A DNA stretch of 64,000 bases from Vicugna vicugna. Taxonomy: Eukaryota. The notes beneath the pieces were generated by a model. It saw only the letters and a program-made list of their open reading frames with translations, did no database searches and had not been told where the DNA came from. Location of the stretch: NCBI GenBank assembly GCA_013265495.1, contig MU058584.1, positions 4,966,508-5,030,507 of the forward strand, given 5' to 3'. Position numbers and translations under genes: made by a program. Shown piece by piece: positions 1 through 9,784 of the stretch; positions within the stretch are counted from its first letter, which is position 1; the number at the start of each line of letters is the position of its first letter.

Positions 1-1029
1 TTCATGTTCTGTTTCTAATCCTCATGCCTGTCCGGTGGGGATGATTCTGATTCTCCTTCATGTAACACATCTTGTAGTGGCTGAGCCAGGAGGAAGATGA
101 GACTGAATGACCTGATTTCACAGCTTATGGTCCCCATTACATTAGACGGCTTCTCAAGGAAAGGCTCCTTGGACGGCTGCTGACCACAGATGTCATGCCT
201 TAGGTCCTGGCTGGGGCATAGTTCTTTCCAGGCAGACCGATTCTCACAGATGTCCAATTTAGGAAATCCATAAATGTTTGAATTCTGCACCACGGAGATT
301 TTAAGTTTATGGCAGACTTTGTGGCCAAAATGGCAGCCTTCTGAAGAAAGGAAAACAGAACTAAAACCAACTGCTCTGCTTACTTAATTTTAATTTCCTG
401 ACAAAGCGACTGATTTGACATCATAGCCACTAGGCATCCTTCTTCTTCCCGACCTAACCTTCCCTGGAGAGCTGGTTGCTGTGACTGGATCACCTGTTCT
501 GTTCAGATCCTCACTGATCTGTGAACAATGTGAGCAAGACTATTTTTAAGCAACTTCCTGCAACATCTCCCCTGTTACCGTGATCCCGTGGAATCCTGGC
601 CCTGAGTAATAATACCTGTGGGGTGAGAGCAGTGGTTTTTAACCTCTGGCTAATCGCAAGCATGTTTAGAAATCTCTTTGAGTTCTTTCTTTGGTGACTG
701 TACCTTTTATCCAGGAACAAAGATGAAAATGAACCTACTTAATGAGGAAGTGCCTGCCTGTTAGTAGTGTGTACTCTCATTGATGAAGAGTAAGTCAATA
801 AAATAGCTAATAAATGATACAGGGGCTTGAAACGTCAGAAGCGAGGTCTGGCTGGGTATCCTCCTGACTCTGCCAGCCTGACCATAAACTTGATAACTTC
901 TTCAGGGAATTCTTGTAAATATTTTGGCATACTTCTTTAGTCTTTTTTCTCTCTCTGCATGTTTTACATGGTTGATAGTCTACTGAACAAAACTTGATTC
1001 TAAGAATGCCTACAAATCAGGAATGGACC

Positions 1030-1222
1030 CAGGGGTCAGCAAACTTTTTCTGCAAGGGACCAGGTGGCAAATAATGTAGCCTTTGAAGAATATCATAGCC
1101 ACATAACTCACTGACTCTGCAGTTGCAGTATGCAAGCAGTTGTAAAAATGTAAACAAATTGATTGTGTTCTGATAAAACTTTATTTACAAAACATGAGGT
1201 CAAATGGATGTGCTGACTCCTG
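1030..1222 (+). mobile_element. hAT-Charlie MITE, MER58A-like
   Basis: Terminal inverted repeats CAGGGGTCAGCA...TGCTGACTCCTG and internal 'aaactttttctgcaagggaccag' and 'taaaactttatttacaaaa' match the MER58A consensus as recalled. Confidence 0.8.
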
Positions 1223-1454
1223 GACTATGCTATTAGTATAGACTTATTATTATTAATAGTATCTATCATTTAGAGATTTTTAAAAAAATCCAGTGACTCA
1301 AATTATTAAATACAATTTTACAGATTTGACGATAATTACTCAAAGTTCATGACAGTGAAATAAATAGCTATTTTTATATATAATTCTTGTTTTTTGGAGC
1401 AAAAATTAAATCTTTTTGCAGAGTATCTCATGTAAATGTGAAAAAATCTATTAT

Positions 1455-1780
1455 GTAAAAATCAAGAAGACAAATGGACTTAAATATAAAACAGAAACAG
1501 ATTCACAGACATAGAATACAAACTTATTTATGCCAGGGATGAGGGGGTGGGAAGGGACAGACTGGGAGTTCGAGATTTTTAGATACTGACAGGTATATAT
1601 AGAATAGATAAACAAGTTTATACGGCATAGCACAGGGAAACATAGTCAAGATCTTGTAGTAGCTCATGGTAAAAAAGAATATGAAAATGAATATATGTAT
1701 AATCATGTATGACTGAAAAATCGTGCTGTACGCCAGAAATTAACACAACATTGTAAACTGACTACAACTCAATAAAAATA
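1455..1780 (+). mobile_element. L1 3' UTR fragment (camelid/cetartiodactyl lineage)
   Basis: Homologous to the 3' UTRs of the L1 copies at 3952-4523 and 25727-26510 (acagaaacagattcacagacatagaa...gcacagggaaa...acaacattgtaaactgactacaactcaataaaa). Confidence 0.85.
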
Positions 1781-2244
1781 GTTGAGCATTCATTATTAAT
1801 AGTTTTTAGGACAAAACAGCATCAACTATTGTTTTAATTAGTTACTGAATAAGCCTAGACATTTTTTCTAACCTGAGAGAAAAACAAGATGTACAATTAC
1901 ACACTTTCTGGAAAATATGCAGAAGCATAGCAGTAATCATGGAGAAACGCGCCACAGAGCCAAGGTGTGTCCCCAGGCTGGAGAACTGGACTGAAAGATG
2001 TGTACTCCAACTGAACTTCCCCCAGCATCAAGTTCTCTGTTTCCACCTGTGTTCAGTTCACCACCGAAAATAGCTACAACCTCTCTTGCTCCAGAACATG
2101 CCCTAGTTTGGATACTGCTATGTTTAGCACCCACCTCAACACACCTCACTTTTAGTAAGTCCCTCCTGAGACAGAACACCAGCGCTCCAGGCTAGTGTTT
2201 CCAAGGTACATCTCCAGTTTTTCAGTTCCATGAAAAAAGATTCA

Positions 2245-3490
2245 TGGACATTCCCTGACGTTGGCGTGGCAATGATTTTCTGGATTTGACCAAAAGCACA
2301 AGCAACAAAAACAAAAATAAATTAAAAAATAAAAAAATATATCAATAGGACTACTGAAAAGCTCCTGTACAGTCAGCAAAGAAAAAGAAAACCTACAGAA
2401 TGGGAGAAAAATATTTGCAAGCTATCTATCTGATAAGCAGTTAATACAAAACATATAAGAAATTCATTAAAAACCTCCAAATAATCCAATTAAAAATGGT
2501 CAGAGGACCTGAATAGATATTTTTCCAAAGACATGCACATGGCTAACAGTAAATGAAAGGAGCTCAACAGCATTAATCATGAGGAATATGAAAATTAAAG
2601 CTGCAATGAGGTACCACCTCACTCCTGTTACGGAGGTTACTATCAAAAAGACAAAAGACAATAGTTGGCAAGGATGTGGAGAAAAGGGAATCCTTCTGCA
2701 CTGTTGGTGGGAATGTAAATCGGTACAGCCACTGTGGAATACAGTATGAAGGTTCCTCAAAAAATTAAAAATAAAACTACCATATGTTCCAGCAACCGCC
2801 TTTCTGAGTAAACATCTGAAGAAAATGAAGTCACTAGGTTGGAGAAATATGTGCACTTCCGTGTTCACTGAAGCATTATTCACAATAGCCAAGACATGGA
2901 AACAGCCAAGTGTCCACTGGTGGATAAATGGAGAGAGAAAATGAGATGCATATATACAATGAAATATTATTAGGTTATTAAAAAATAAGGACATCTTGCC
3001 TTTTGCAACAATGTGGATGGACCTTGAGAGCATAATCTAAGTGAAATAAGTCAGACAGAGGAAGATCAATATTGTATGATCTCATTTATATGTGGAATCT
3101 AAAAAAAGCCAAACTAATAGAAACAGAGATTAGATTGGTGGTTGCCAGGGCCTGGGGAGTAGGGTGGAAGGGAAGATGTTGGTGAAAGAATACAAACTTC
3201 CAGTTACAGGATGGATATACTTTGGGGATCTGATGTACAACATGGTGAATATAGTTAACAATACGGTATTAAGTACTTGAAAGTCACTAAGACACCAAGT
3301 TACTAAGATCTAAAATGTTCTCACCACAAATTCACAAAAAGGTGATTATATGAATAATGGAAGTATTATTTAATCTTACTGTCTTAATAATGTTGTAATA
3401 TATAACTGTATCAAATAATAATGCTGTATTCTTTAAACTTACACAATGCTATATGTCAATTATAAGCTCATAAACCTGAGGTGGAAAAAG
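2245..3490 (+). mobile_element. Older L1 (L1MA/L1MB-like): degenerate ORF2 3' end plus 3' UTR
   Basis: Contains 'gttggcaaggatgtggagaaaagggaatccttctgcactgttggtgggaatgtaaa', 'gcattattcacaatagccaagacatggaaacagcc' and 'ttctcaccac', typical of the L1 ORF2 C-terminus and 3' UTR. The antisense ORF 2500-3033 is the usual L1 antisense translation. Confidence 0.9.
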
Positions 3491-3790
3491 ACTTTGGATT
3501 TCACTCAAAAAAATGTGGTCCATGAAGGGATTTTGAGCAGAGAAATAACGTATTACTTGCATTTTGAAATAATCACCTTTGGCAGGTTGGTAAATTGACC
3601 AATGGAATTAGGAAAACCAGTTAGAGATCATTGCAGGAATCCACTAATCCAAGTGAGAAGTGATGGTCTTGGCTCTCTTGGGGGTGGTGAGAAGGGTGTA
3701 GATTCTCTTTTGAAGAGAGGGAGCCAACATTATTTTCTGACAGATTGGGTGTGGCAAGTAAGAGAAAAAGAGGAGTGGAGGATGAAAGAA
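3491..3790 (-). mobile_element. L2 fragment
   Basis: 'gaagggattttgagcagagaaat...aatccaagtgagaagtgatgg...cagattgggtgtggcaagtaagagaaaaagaggagt' is homologous to the L2 at 21.5-22.9 kb. Confidence 0.65.
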
Positions 3791-3951
3791 ATTTGTTCTA
3801 TCTCTCCACTGGTTGTTGTTAATCCATGTCTACACATTAGCAGATTATATCCATTTTATAAAGGGTTCCCACTTTCTTGTTGGTTACTTAATTCTTCTCC
3901 ACCAGAGACTCCAGTGCATGCTTTGAAAAACTGAAATGAATAATTCATTCT

Positions 3952-4523
3952 CACCTGCACTCCAATGTTCATAGCAGCATTATTTACAACAGCCAAGACA
4001 TGGAAACAGCCTAAATGTCCATCAACAGGTGACTGGATAAAGAAGATGTATATTTATACAATGGAGTACTACTCAGCCATAAAAACCGACAACATAACGC
4101 CATTTGCAACAACATGGATGCTCCTGGAGAATGTCATTCTAAGTGAAGTAAGCCAGAAAGAGAAAGAAAAATACCATATGAGATCGCTCATATGCAGAAT
4201 CTAAAAAAAAAAACACCCCAACAAAGCATAAATACAGAACAGAAATAGACTCATAGACATAGAACACAGACTTGTGGTTGCCAAGGGGGTGAGGAGGGGT
4301 AGGAAGAGATAGACTGGGATTTCAAAACTGTAGAATAGATAAACAAGATTATAGTGTATAGCACAGGGAAATATATACAAGATCTTATGGCAGCTCACAG
4401 AGAAAGGAATGTGATAATGAATATATATATATGTTCATGTATAATTGAAAAATTGTGCTCTACACTGGAATTTGACACAACATTGTAAAATGATTATAAA
4501 TCAATAAAAAATGTTAAAAAAAA
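3952..4523 (+). mobile_element. Young 5'-truncated L1 (camelid type): ORF2 C-terminus, 3' UTR, A tail
   Basis: ORF 3965-4204 (FIAALFTTAKTWKQPKCPS..WIKKMYIYTMEYYSAIK) is the L1 ORF2 C-terminal signature. Ends AATAAAAAATGTTAAAAAAAA. Confidence 0.95.
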
Positions 4524-4694
4524 GAGTTTAAGATATTCCATTTCAATATGCTAAGTAAAAAGTTCGGCTGTTGGCCAAATTGTTTGATTGTAAACAAGAA
4601 AGGAAGACATAGGTAGTCTTCTGGCTTTATGTTTTTATATGTTCATCCCTCACTTAATGAATGTACCATCATTATCAGGTTGGTCTTGTAAACA

Positions 4695-5390
4695 GAATTC
4701 ATTTATTAAGAAGCCACTTGGTGAGTGGCCACTATATAGCAGCCATTCTGCGAGGGCCAGGGAGCCAGAGGGGACTGAGACAAGTTTCCTACTCTCAAGG
4801 AGACTGTCGTCTAGTGGGTGATGCAGAAATGTAATTGAGCAGCAGAATAAAAGGAGATCAGTGATAGAACAGTGGTAGATAGAAATTTCCAAGGGGTCAC
4901 AGAGAATGGCGCAACTTAGTTTTAATCTAGAGAATTCAGAAAAAAGCTTATTGGAAGAGGAGAAATTTACAAATAATCACGTAGGAAGTGGGATGGATAT
5001 TCCAGGTAAAGGAAGCAATATATGGGGAATAGAGAAGAGGATGGCACATGTGGTTGACTGCATACATATTTTTTAAGGCCAGAGGTTTTGGAGCACGAGA
5101 GTGAGTGGTCGAAAATGAGTCTGAAACAAAAAGCACTGGTAGAGCTTGAATATCTTTGTACATGACAATGAGAGCTTTGAAATGAATCTTGTAGGCTATG
5201 GGAGTAGCAAAGAGGTTCTCAATAGGAGAACGACATGATGAGATTATGACTTCCGAGTGATTACTGTGGCAACGCTGTGGAGGGTAGATTGGAAAGAGAG
5301 GAGCCCCAGGACTGGGGAATCAGTTGGTCTACTGCAGTAGTCTTCACGAGGAGTGATGAGGTCCTGCCTCGAGCAGTGTGGAAATAGAAA
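4695..5390 (-). mobile_element. L2 3' region, degenerate
   Basis: Begins 'attcatttattaagaagcc', the antisense L2 3' end, followed by purine-rich L2-like sequence. Confidence 0.6.
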
Positions 5391-6119
5391 AAGCTACTCA
5401 GAATGTATACTTAGTACAGGGTGGTTGAGAACAGAGGCAATCTGTAGCAAGAGCTATAAAGATGGTCATATAATTTTGCTTATAATCTTACTCCTGGTTA
5501 TTAAAGACAAATGATTCAGTGTATATGAATGAAAATTTACCTTATAGATGTGTTCTACATAACAATAAGTTATAAGGGAATTGTTTAATGTGTGTGTGTA
5601 TTTATCCATATTTATAAGAAACACAGGAGGATATTTACATCGAAGTAAAAATAGTATTTATAATTATCACAACTATGCAAACATATGTATACCAATAGAG
5701 ACTCATTGGAAAACATTAAAAATGAAAACTGGCAGAATGGTAAGATTATAGATGATATTCGTTATATTTGTTTTTTTCCCCAAATAAAGTTCATGTCAGG
5801 TAACTTTTCAAAATCTTTTTAAAAGGTATAGATTAAGTTATAATAAAGCAAACATACATATAGACAAACTCAAAACACTCTTATTTAAATGTTTCTTAGG
5901 TACCTGGGAAGGGTGGTGTAAAGGTCACTTGAATGAGGATAGAGGAAAGGAATGAGAAAAAAAAAAAGAAGAAGAAGGCCAGGGAGTGAGAAGCTCAGGG
6001 TGGCAGCAGTACCCTTTCTCCCTAGGGAGTCACTGAGGATGGCATCAGGTATTAAGGGTGCATGATCCACGGTGGTGGAAGCCTCATGCCACAGCAGCTG
6101 TCACATGAGGCAGGTGGGG

Positions 6120-6480
6120 GAGCTGGACCACAGTGACCACCCCACCTCATTTCCTTTACACTGTTCCCAGCCTGGGCCATGACACTGACATGGCCTTGGA
6201 GCATAGCTGAAGTGGAAGGTTTGAGTTTAAACTGGTAGCGGGAGATGAGACAACCACATCTCTTTTGTGCACACATTTGGTTTCACTGACACGTTAACCA
6301 CAGGAGGAGGAGAAAAGGCCACAAGGTGTGGGGTTAGTATGAGTGGGGACAAAGGAACTTTTTTTTCAGAGACTAAAAGGCATCGGTATTGCACAGACTT
6401 TCCATGATTCCACACCAACCTTGAAAGCCCCCTCTCACCACAGGAAGTGTGCTGACTACTGGAGGAATAAAAGAGACTCG
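6120..6480 (+). promoter_or_regulatory. XCL1 proximal promoter
   Basis: GACTTTCCAT (NFAT-type) at 6396-6405; ACCACA at 6127, 6253, 6297 and 6437; ACCACAGGAAGT RUNX-ETS composite at 6437-6448; AGGTGTG at 6324; TATA-like AATAAAA at 6466-6472, about 60 bp before the ATG. Confidence 0.7.
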
Positions 6481-6530
6481 AAGGAGCAGTTCCTCATCCT
6501 CTGTCTGCACAGCTCAGCAGGACCTCAGCC

Positions 6531-6591
6531 ATGAGACTTCTCATCCTGGCCTTCCTCAGCCTCTGCTGTCTCGCTGCTTATACTGTGGAAG
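6531..6591 (+). CDS. XCL1: XCL1 exon 1 coding part (signal peptide)
   Basis: Kozak context gccATGa; encodes MRLLILAFLSLCCLAAYTVE plus one base; phase-1 donor G|gtaagt at 6592. Confidence 0.95.
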
Positions 6592-8325
6592 GTAAGTCAA
6601 AAGGTTATCTATGAGATAAGGACCAGATAGTCATGGAGGCAGGTGGCCACACCTTTTGGTTTTGACTCAGGGTTTGACTGGAGTAAACTGCTTTCTCCAA
6701 GCTAAGCCTCAGGTTTCCCATGTGCAAAAGGGGAATAATTTGCCTCTAGAGGATTGTGTAGATTTTAAAGATAGAACTTGGTTAGAATCTGGGCTCCTAT
6801 TTTTCACAACTGGGTGATGTAGGGTAAATTTCTGAACCACTTTGGGCTTACGCTTACTTGTCTATAAGATAAATGTAATACGTTTACATAAATATGTTTA
6901 TATATGTCAATGTAAACTGATATAATATAATCTGGGATTAAAATGGAATAAACCTTATGACCACTTATCAGATTTCCTCACAAGTCATAATTTCTTGATT
7001 AATGTTCGCTGTGGAATGGTGATGATGATTATATATGCCTTTGAAGCTTTTGCCTATCTAATATTGACCTTGATAAATTCTCAAAAATTTTTATTTTTGT
7101 TTGTCTGGTTGGTTCTCTTCATCAGGTGTAGGGAGTGAAGTTCTTGAAAAGACCATCTGTGTGAGCCTCACCACCCGGCGACTGCCAGTTAAGAACATCA
7201 AGACCTACACCATCAAGGAGGGCTCCATGAAGGCAGTGATGTAAGTTTCTCTCCCCAAACCTGAGCTTGGTGGAACATGGTATAGAAATGCTGCCCTCGT
7301 CAGGAAAAAACAAAAGTCAACAAGGGGGAAGACCTCAACTGAACCAACAGTCCTTTTGCTTTTCCAAATTAACCATGTCTTTACGTAGCCCCAAACAACG
7401 ATTATGACCGGAAAAAAAAAAAAAGGCAACCAAGTGAAGAATGCCATCCTCCTTTCTGATTTATCTTAGTGGAATAATCTGACTGAGAACTAAATGAATA
7501 ATGTGCTCAGTCTTGAGGATTAGGTTTAGAGATGGCTGGTTGAGATCAGGATTTGACCATAAAGTTACACTGGTGTGGGCTGCTTCCCTTCCCTTCCCTT
7601 CCCTTCCCTTCCCTTCTCTTCCTTTATGGTGTGTTGGAGTAACATAGAGCACCACATTTTTTTATCAGTTTCCATATCTCAAGAAATAGCATCAACAAGT
7701 AGCCTACATGGTACCATTATTTTTCCAGGATCTCATTGTCAGAATAGCAACTCTTCCCAACACACAATTGCAACTTTATCCAAAGGAATTACAATAAGGA
7801 AATCACCATTTTTCCAGAAAGTAAGATGAATGTGTTTAGATTTGAAAAGGAAGATGGATATGCAATAATTGGACTAGGTGACTCCAAATGTCCAGTTTAA
7901 TTACATCATTTTGTAGCTACGATGAGAAAAGGGGTCTGCAAATTATGGTGAACAAGGGAGCAGGGTATTACCTGGAGCTATTTCTTCTTTATGATAAAAT
8001 AGATTGCAGAAGCAAAGTTTCCATTTATGGTCTCATGGATCTGAAAGACTATTTTGTCCAGTAATTTCTGCACAAGATCTCTTTATATATGATCTTAACT
8101 GTGGGTCCCAAGGCTTTGAGGATGTGACTAACTTTGTCTATCTTTTCCTTGTTTTGCAGATTTTTTACCAAACGTGGCCTTAAAGTCTGTGCTGATCCAC
8201 ATGTTGAATGGGTGAAAAAAGCAGTCCATACAATAGACAAGTCCACCAGAAGAAATGTGAACCAGACCAAGCCCACAGGAACCCAACAGTCCACCAATAC
8301 AGCTGTGACCATGACTGGGCAGTGA
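6531..8325 (+). CDS. XCL1: Lymphotactin / X-C motif chemokine ligand 1, spliced join(6531..6591,7126..7240,8160..8325), 113 aa
   Basis: Spliced translation MRLLILAFLSLCCLAAYTVEG-VGSEVLEKTICVSLTTRRLPVKNIKTYTIKEGSMKAVIFFTKRGLKVCADPHVEWVKKAVHTIDKSTRRNVNQTKPTGTQQSTNTAVTMTGQ*. It has a signal peptide, only two Cys in the mature chain (C11, C48), the KVCADP..W motif and a Thr-rich tail. 61+115+166=342 nt, in frame. Confidence 0.97.
6775..6890 (+). mobile_element. MIR fragment in XCL1 intron 1
   Basis: 'ggttagaatctgggctcc...aactgggtgatgtagggtaaatttctgaaccactttgggctt..cttgtctataagat' resembles the MIR core. Confidence 0.55.
7126..7240 (+). CDS. XCL1: XCL1 exon 2 (115 nt)
   Basis: Acceptor ttctcttcatcag|G; encodes GVGSEVLEKTICVSLTTRRLPVKNIKTYTIKEGSMKAV; phase-2 donor AT|gtaagt. 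Confidence 0.96.
7583..7622 (+). repeat. (CTTCC)n microsatellite in intron 2
   Basis: About 8 tandem CTTCC units, read directly. Confidence 0.9.
8160..8325 (+). CDS. XCL1: XCL1 exon 3 coding part
   Basis: Acceptor cttttccttgttttgcag|A; encodes FFTKRGLKVCADPHVEWVKK...TAVTMTGQ then TGA, matching ORF track 8134-8325. Confidence 0.96.
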
Positions 8326-8488
8326 CCCTTTGGCACCTTGTCCCCTTGCTAGCCAGCCAGCTCCTTCCTCTTTAAAGTTCATGGACTACTTACATTATAT
8401 TCACCTTTTATAAAAGTGCTACATGAATCAAATATTTTCTTGTATTTTCATTTTTTATGTCTTTCATATTCATTTGGATGCTTTAATT

Positions 8489-8494
8489 AATAAA
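8489..8494 (+). terminator. XCL1 polyadenylation signal AATAAA
   Basis: First AATAAA after the stop codon (about 165 nt downstream), in an AT-rich 3' UTR. Confidence 0.8.
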
Positions 8495-9720
8495 TATTTA
8501 TTATTATGAAGAGCCCCAAAGTTTATTCATTACATATTGGGGAAAGTAATACATCATTTATGTTTTATTTCTGTCCTAACTGTACCTCCTTTTGACGGTA
8601 TCCATGATGGGAGAAATTCTGGTCAATGTTTATCAGGGATGAAAGCATTATTCACACTCTTAGGTTCTAGTGGGAAATGGTTCTCCACACATAAGTCGTA
8701 AGTGACAATGACAATTTAAGATCTATTTTAACTTGTCTTCGTAATGGAGTTCTATTTATGGAGTATGGGAGAAAATGATCCAGCAGTTACTGGGTTCCCA
8801 TTCTGATGGCTCACTACTCAGAAAGCAGCTTCACTCAAGTGTGATCTTGAGCAAATTCTTACACCTCTGCATTTCATTCGATCTTCTATAAAGAAGGAAA
8901 GAAATAAAGACATGGCTTGTCAGTTCTTTCACTTGTCAAGGTAGCATAGGTTAGACTTTGGATGAAAAGTTACTTTATTCAAACAAAAATCAATTCTCCT
9001 GCAATTGGTCAATGATCTCACTGCTTTTCTGTGATTTCCATAATCGACACTACTCTAGTTATCACACAAGTCATTCTTTTTTTGCCAGTAAATTTTAACA
9101 CTCCAAACACTGTCACTTGGAACATTTTTTGAATGTGATCACAATTTGCAGTAAAGTTTTAATTAACGTTACTTCATCTGATCAGTAAACACCCCAATCT
9201 CACGCTTCCTTGTATTCTCATTAAATTACTAATTTAATTCTTGTTTATGGCTCTACTATCCAATAGCTGATGATGTATACATCTAATTTTATCTGACTTT
9301 AAATAGTTAAGAACTGACCAGGCATTGAGAGCTTCAAAGGAAGAGAAAGGACTGTTTACTAGTCCTAAGGGAACACCTAGCAATGACAAGTATTTTCAGA
9401 GGGTAGCTGGGGGCAGCTTGTTGGAATCAGCTCACTTCTAGTCATCCAACTAGTGACCCAGAGAGGAAACCATTAAAACGCTGCCTCCTAGTAAAAGGTG
9501 GGGTCATCTATCCTTTCTCTTTGTTATTTGCCCACAATAATGTTCAAAGCTGGTCTTAAAGAAAACAGTAAGAAGAAAACACTTGTTTTATTAGGCGTAA
9601 AAGATAGCAAAATTATAGAAAATAAAAGGAAATTTCCTGGTTGAACATGTATTTGTGTTTCCCAGATGTCTTCCAAACCTTAGAGGTTTTCATGAGATCA
9701 TAATAATATACGTGGAAGAA

Positions 9721-9784
9721 TTTGGGTGTATATATATATATACACCCAAAATTTATATATATATATATATATATACACCCAAAT
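9721..9784. repeat. Perfect 30-bp palindrome around (TA)n with a duplicated right arm
   Basis: TTTGGGTGTATATATATATATACACCCAAA (9721-9750), then a second (TA)n-CACCCAAAT ending at 9784. Confidence 0.9.

Noticed and set aside
15..293. 92-aa minus-strand ORF at the window start
   Set aside because: No recognisable domain, homology or splice context; the length is within chance expectation.
1945..2150. GCCACA..AGGTGTG and CACACCT motifs resembling the proximal promoter
   Set aside because: Short motifs only, with no canonical ACCACA cluster; too weak to call a distal enhancer.
2500..3033. 177-aa hydrophobic ORF
   Set aside because: Antisense translation of an L1 ORF2/3' UTR remnant.
8049..8382. 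Antisense ORFs over XCL1 exon 3
   Set aside because: Shadow frames of the real exon.
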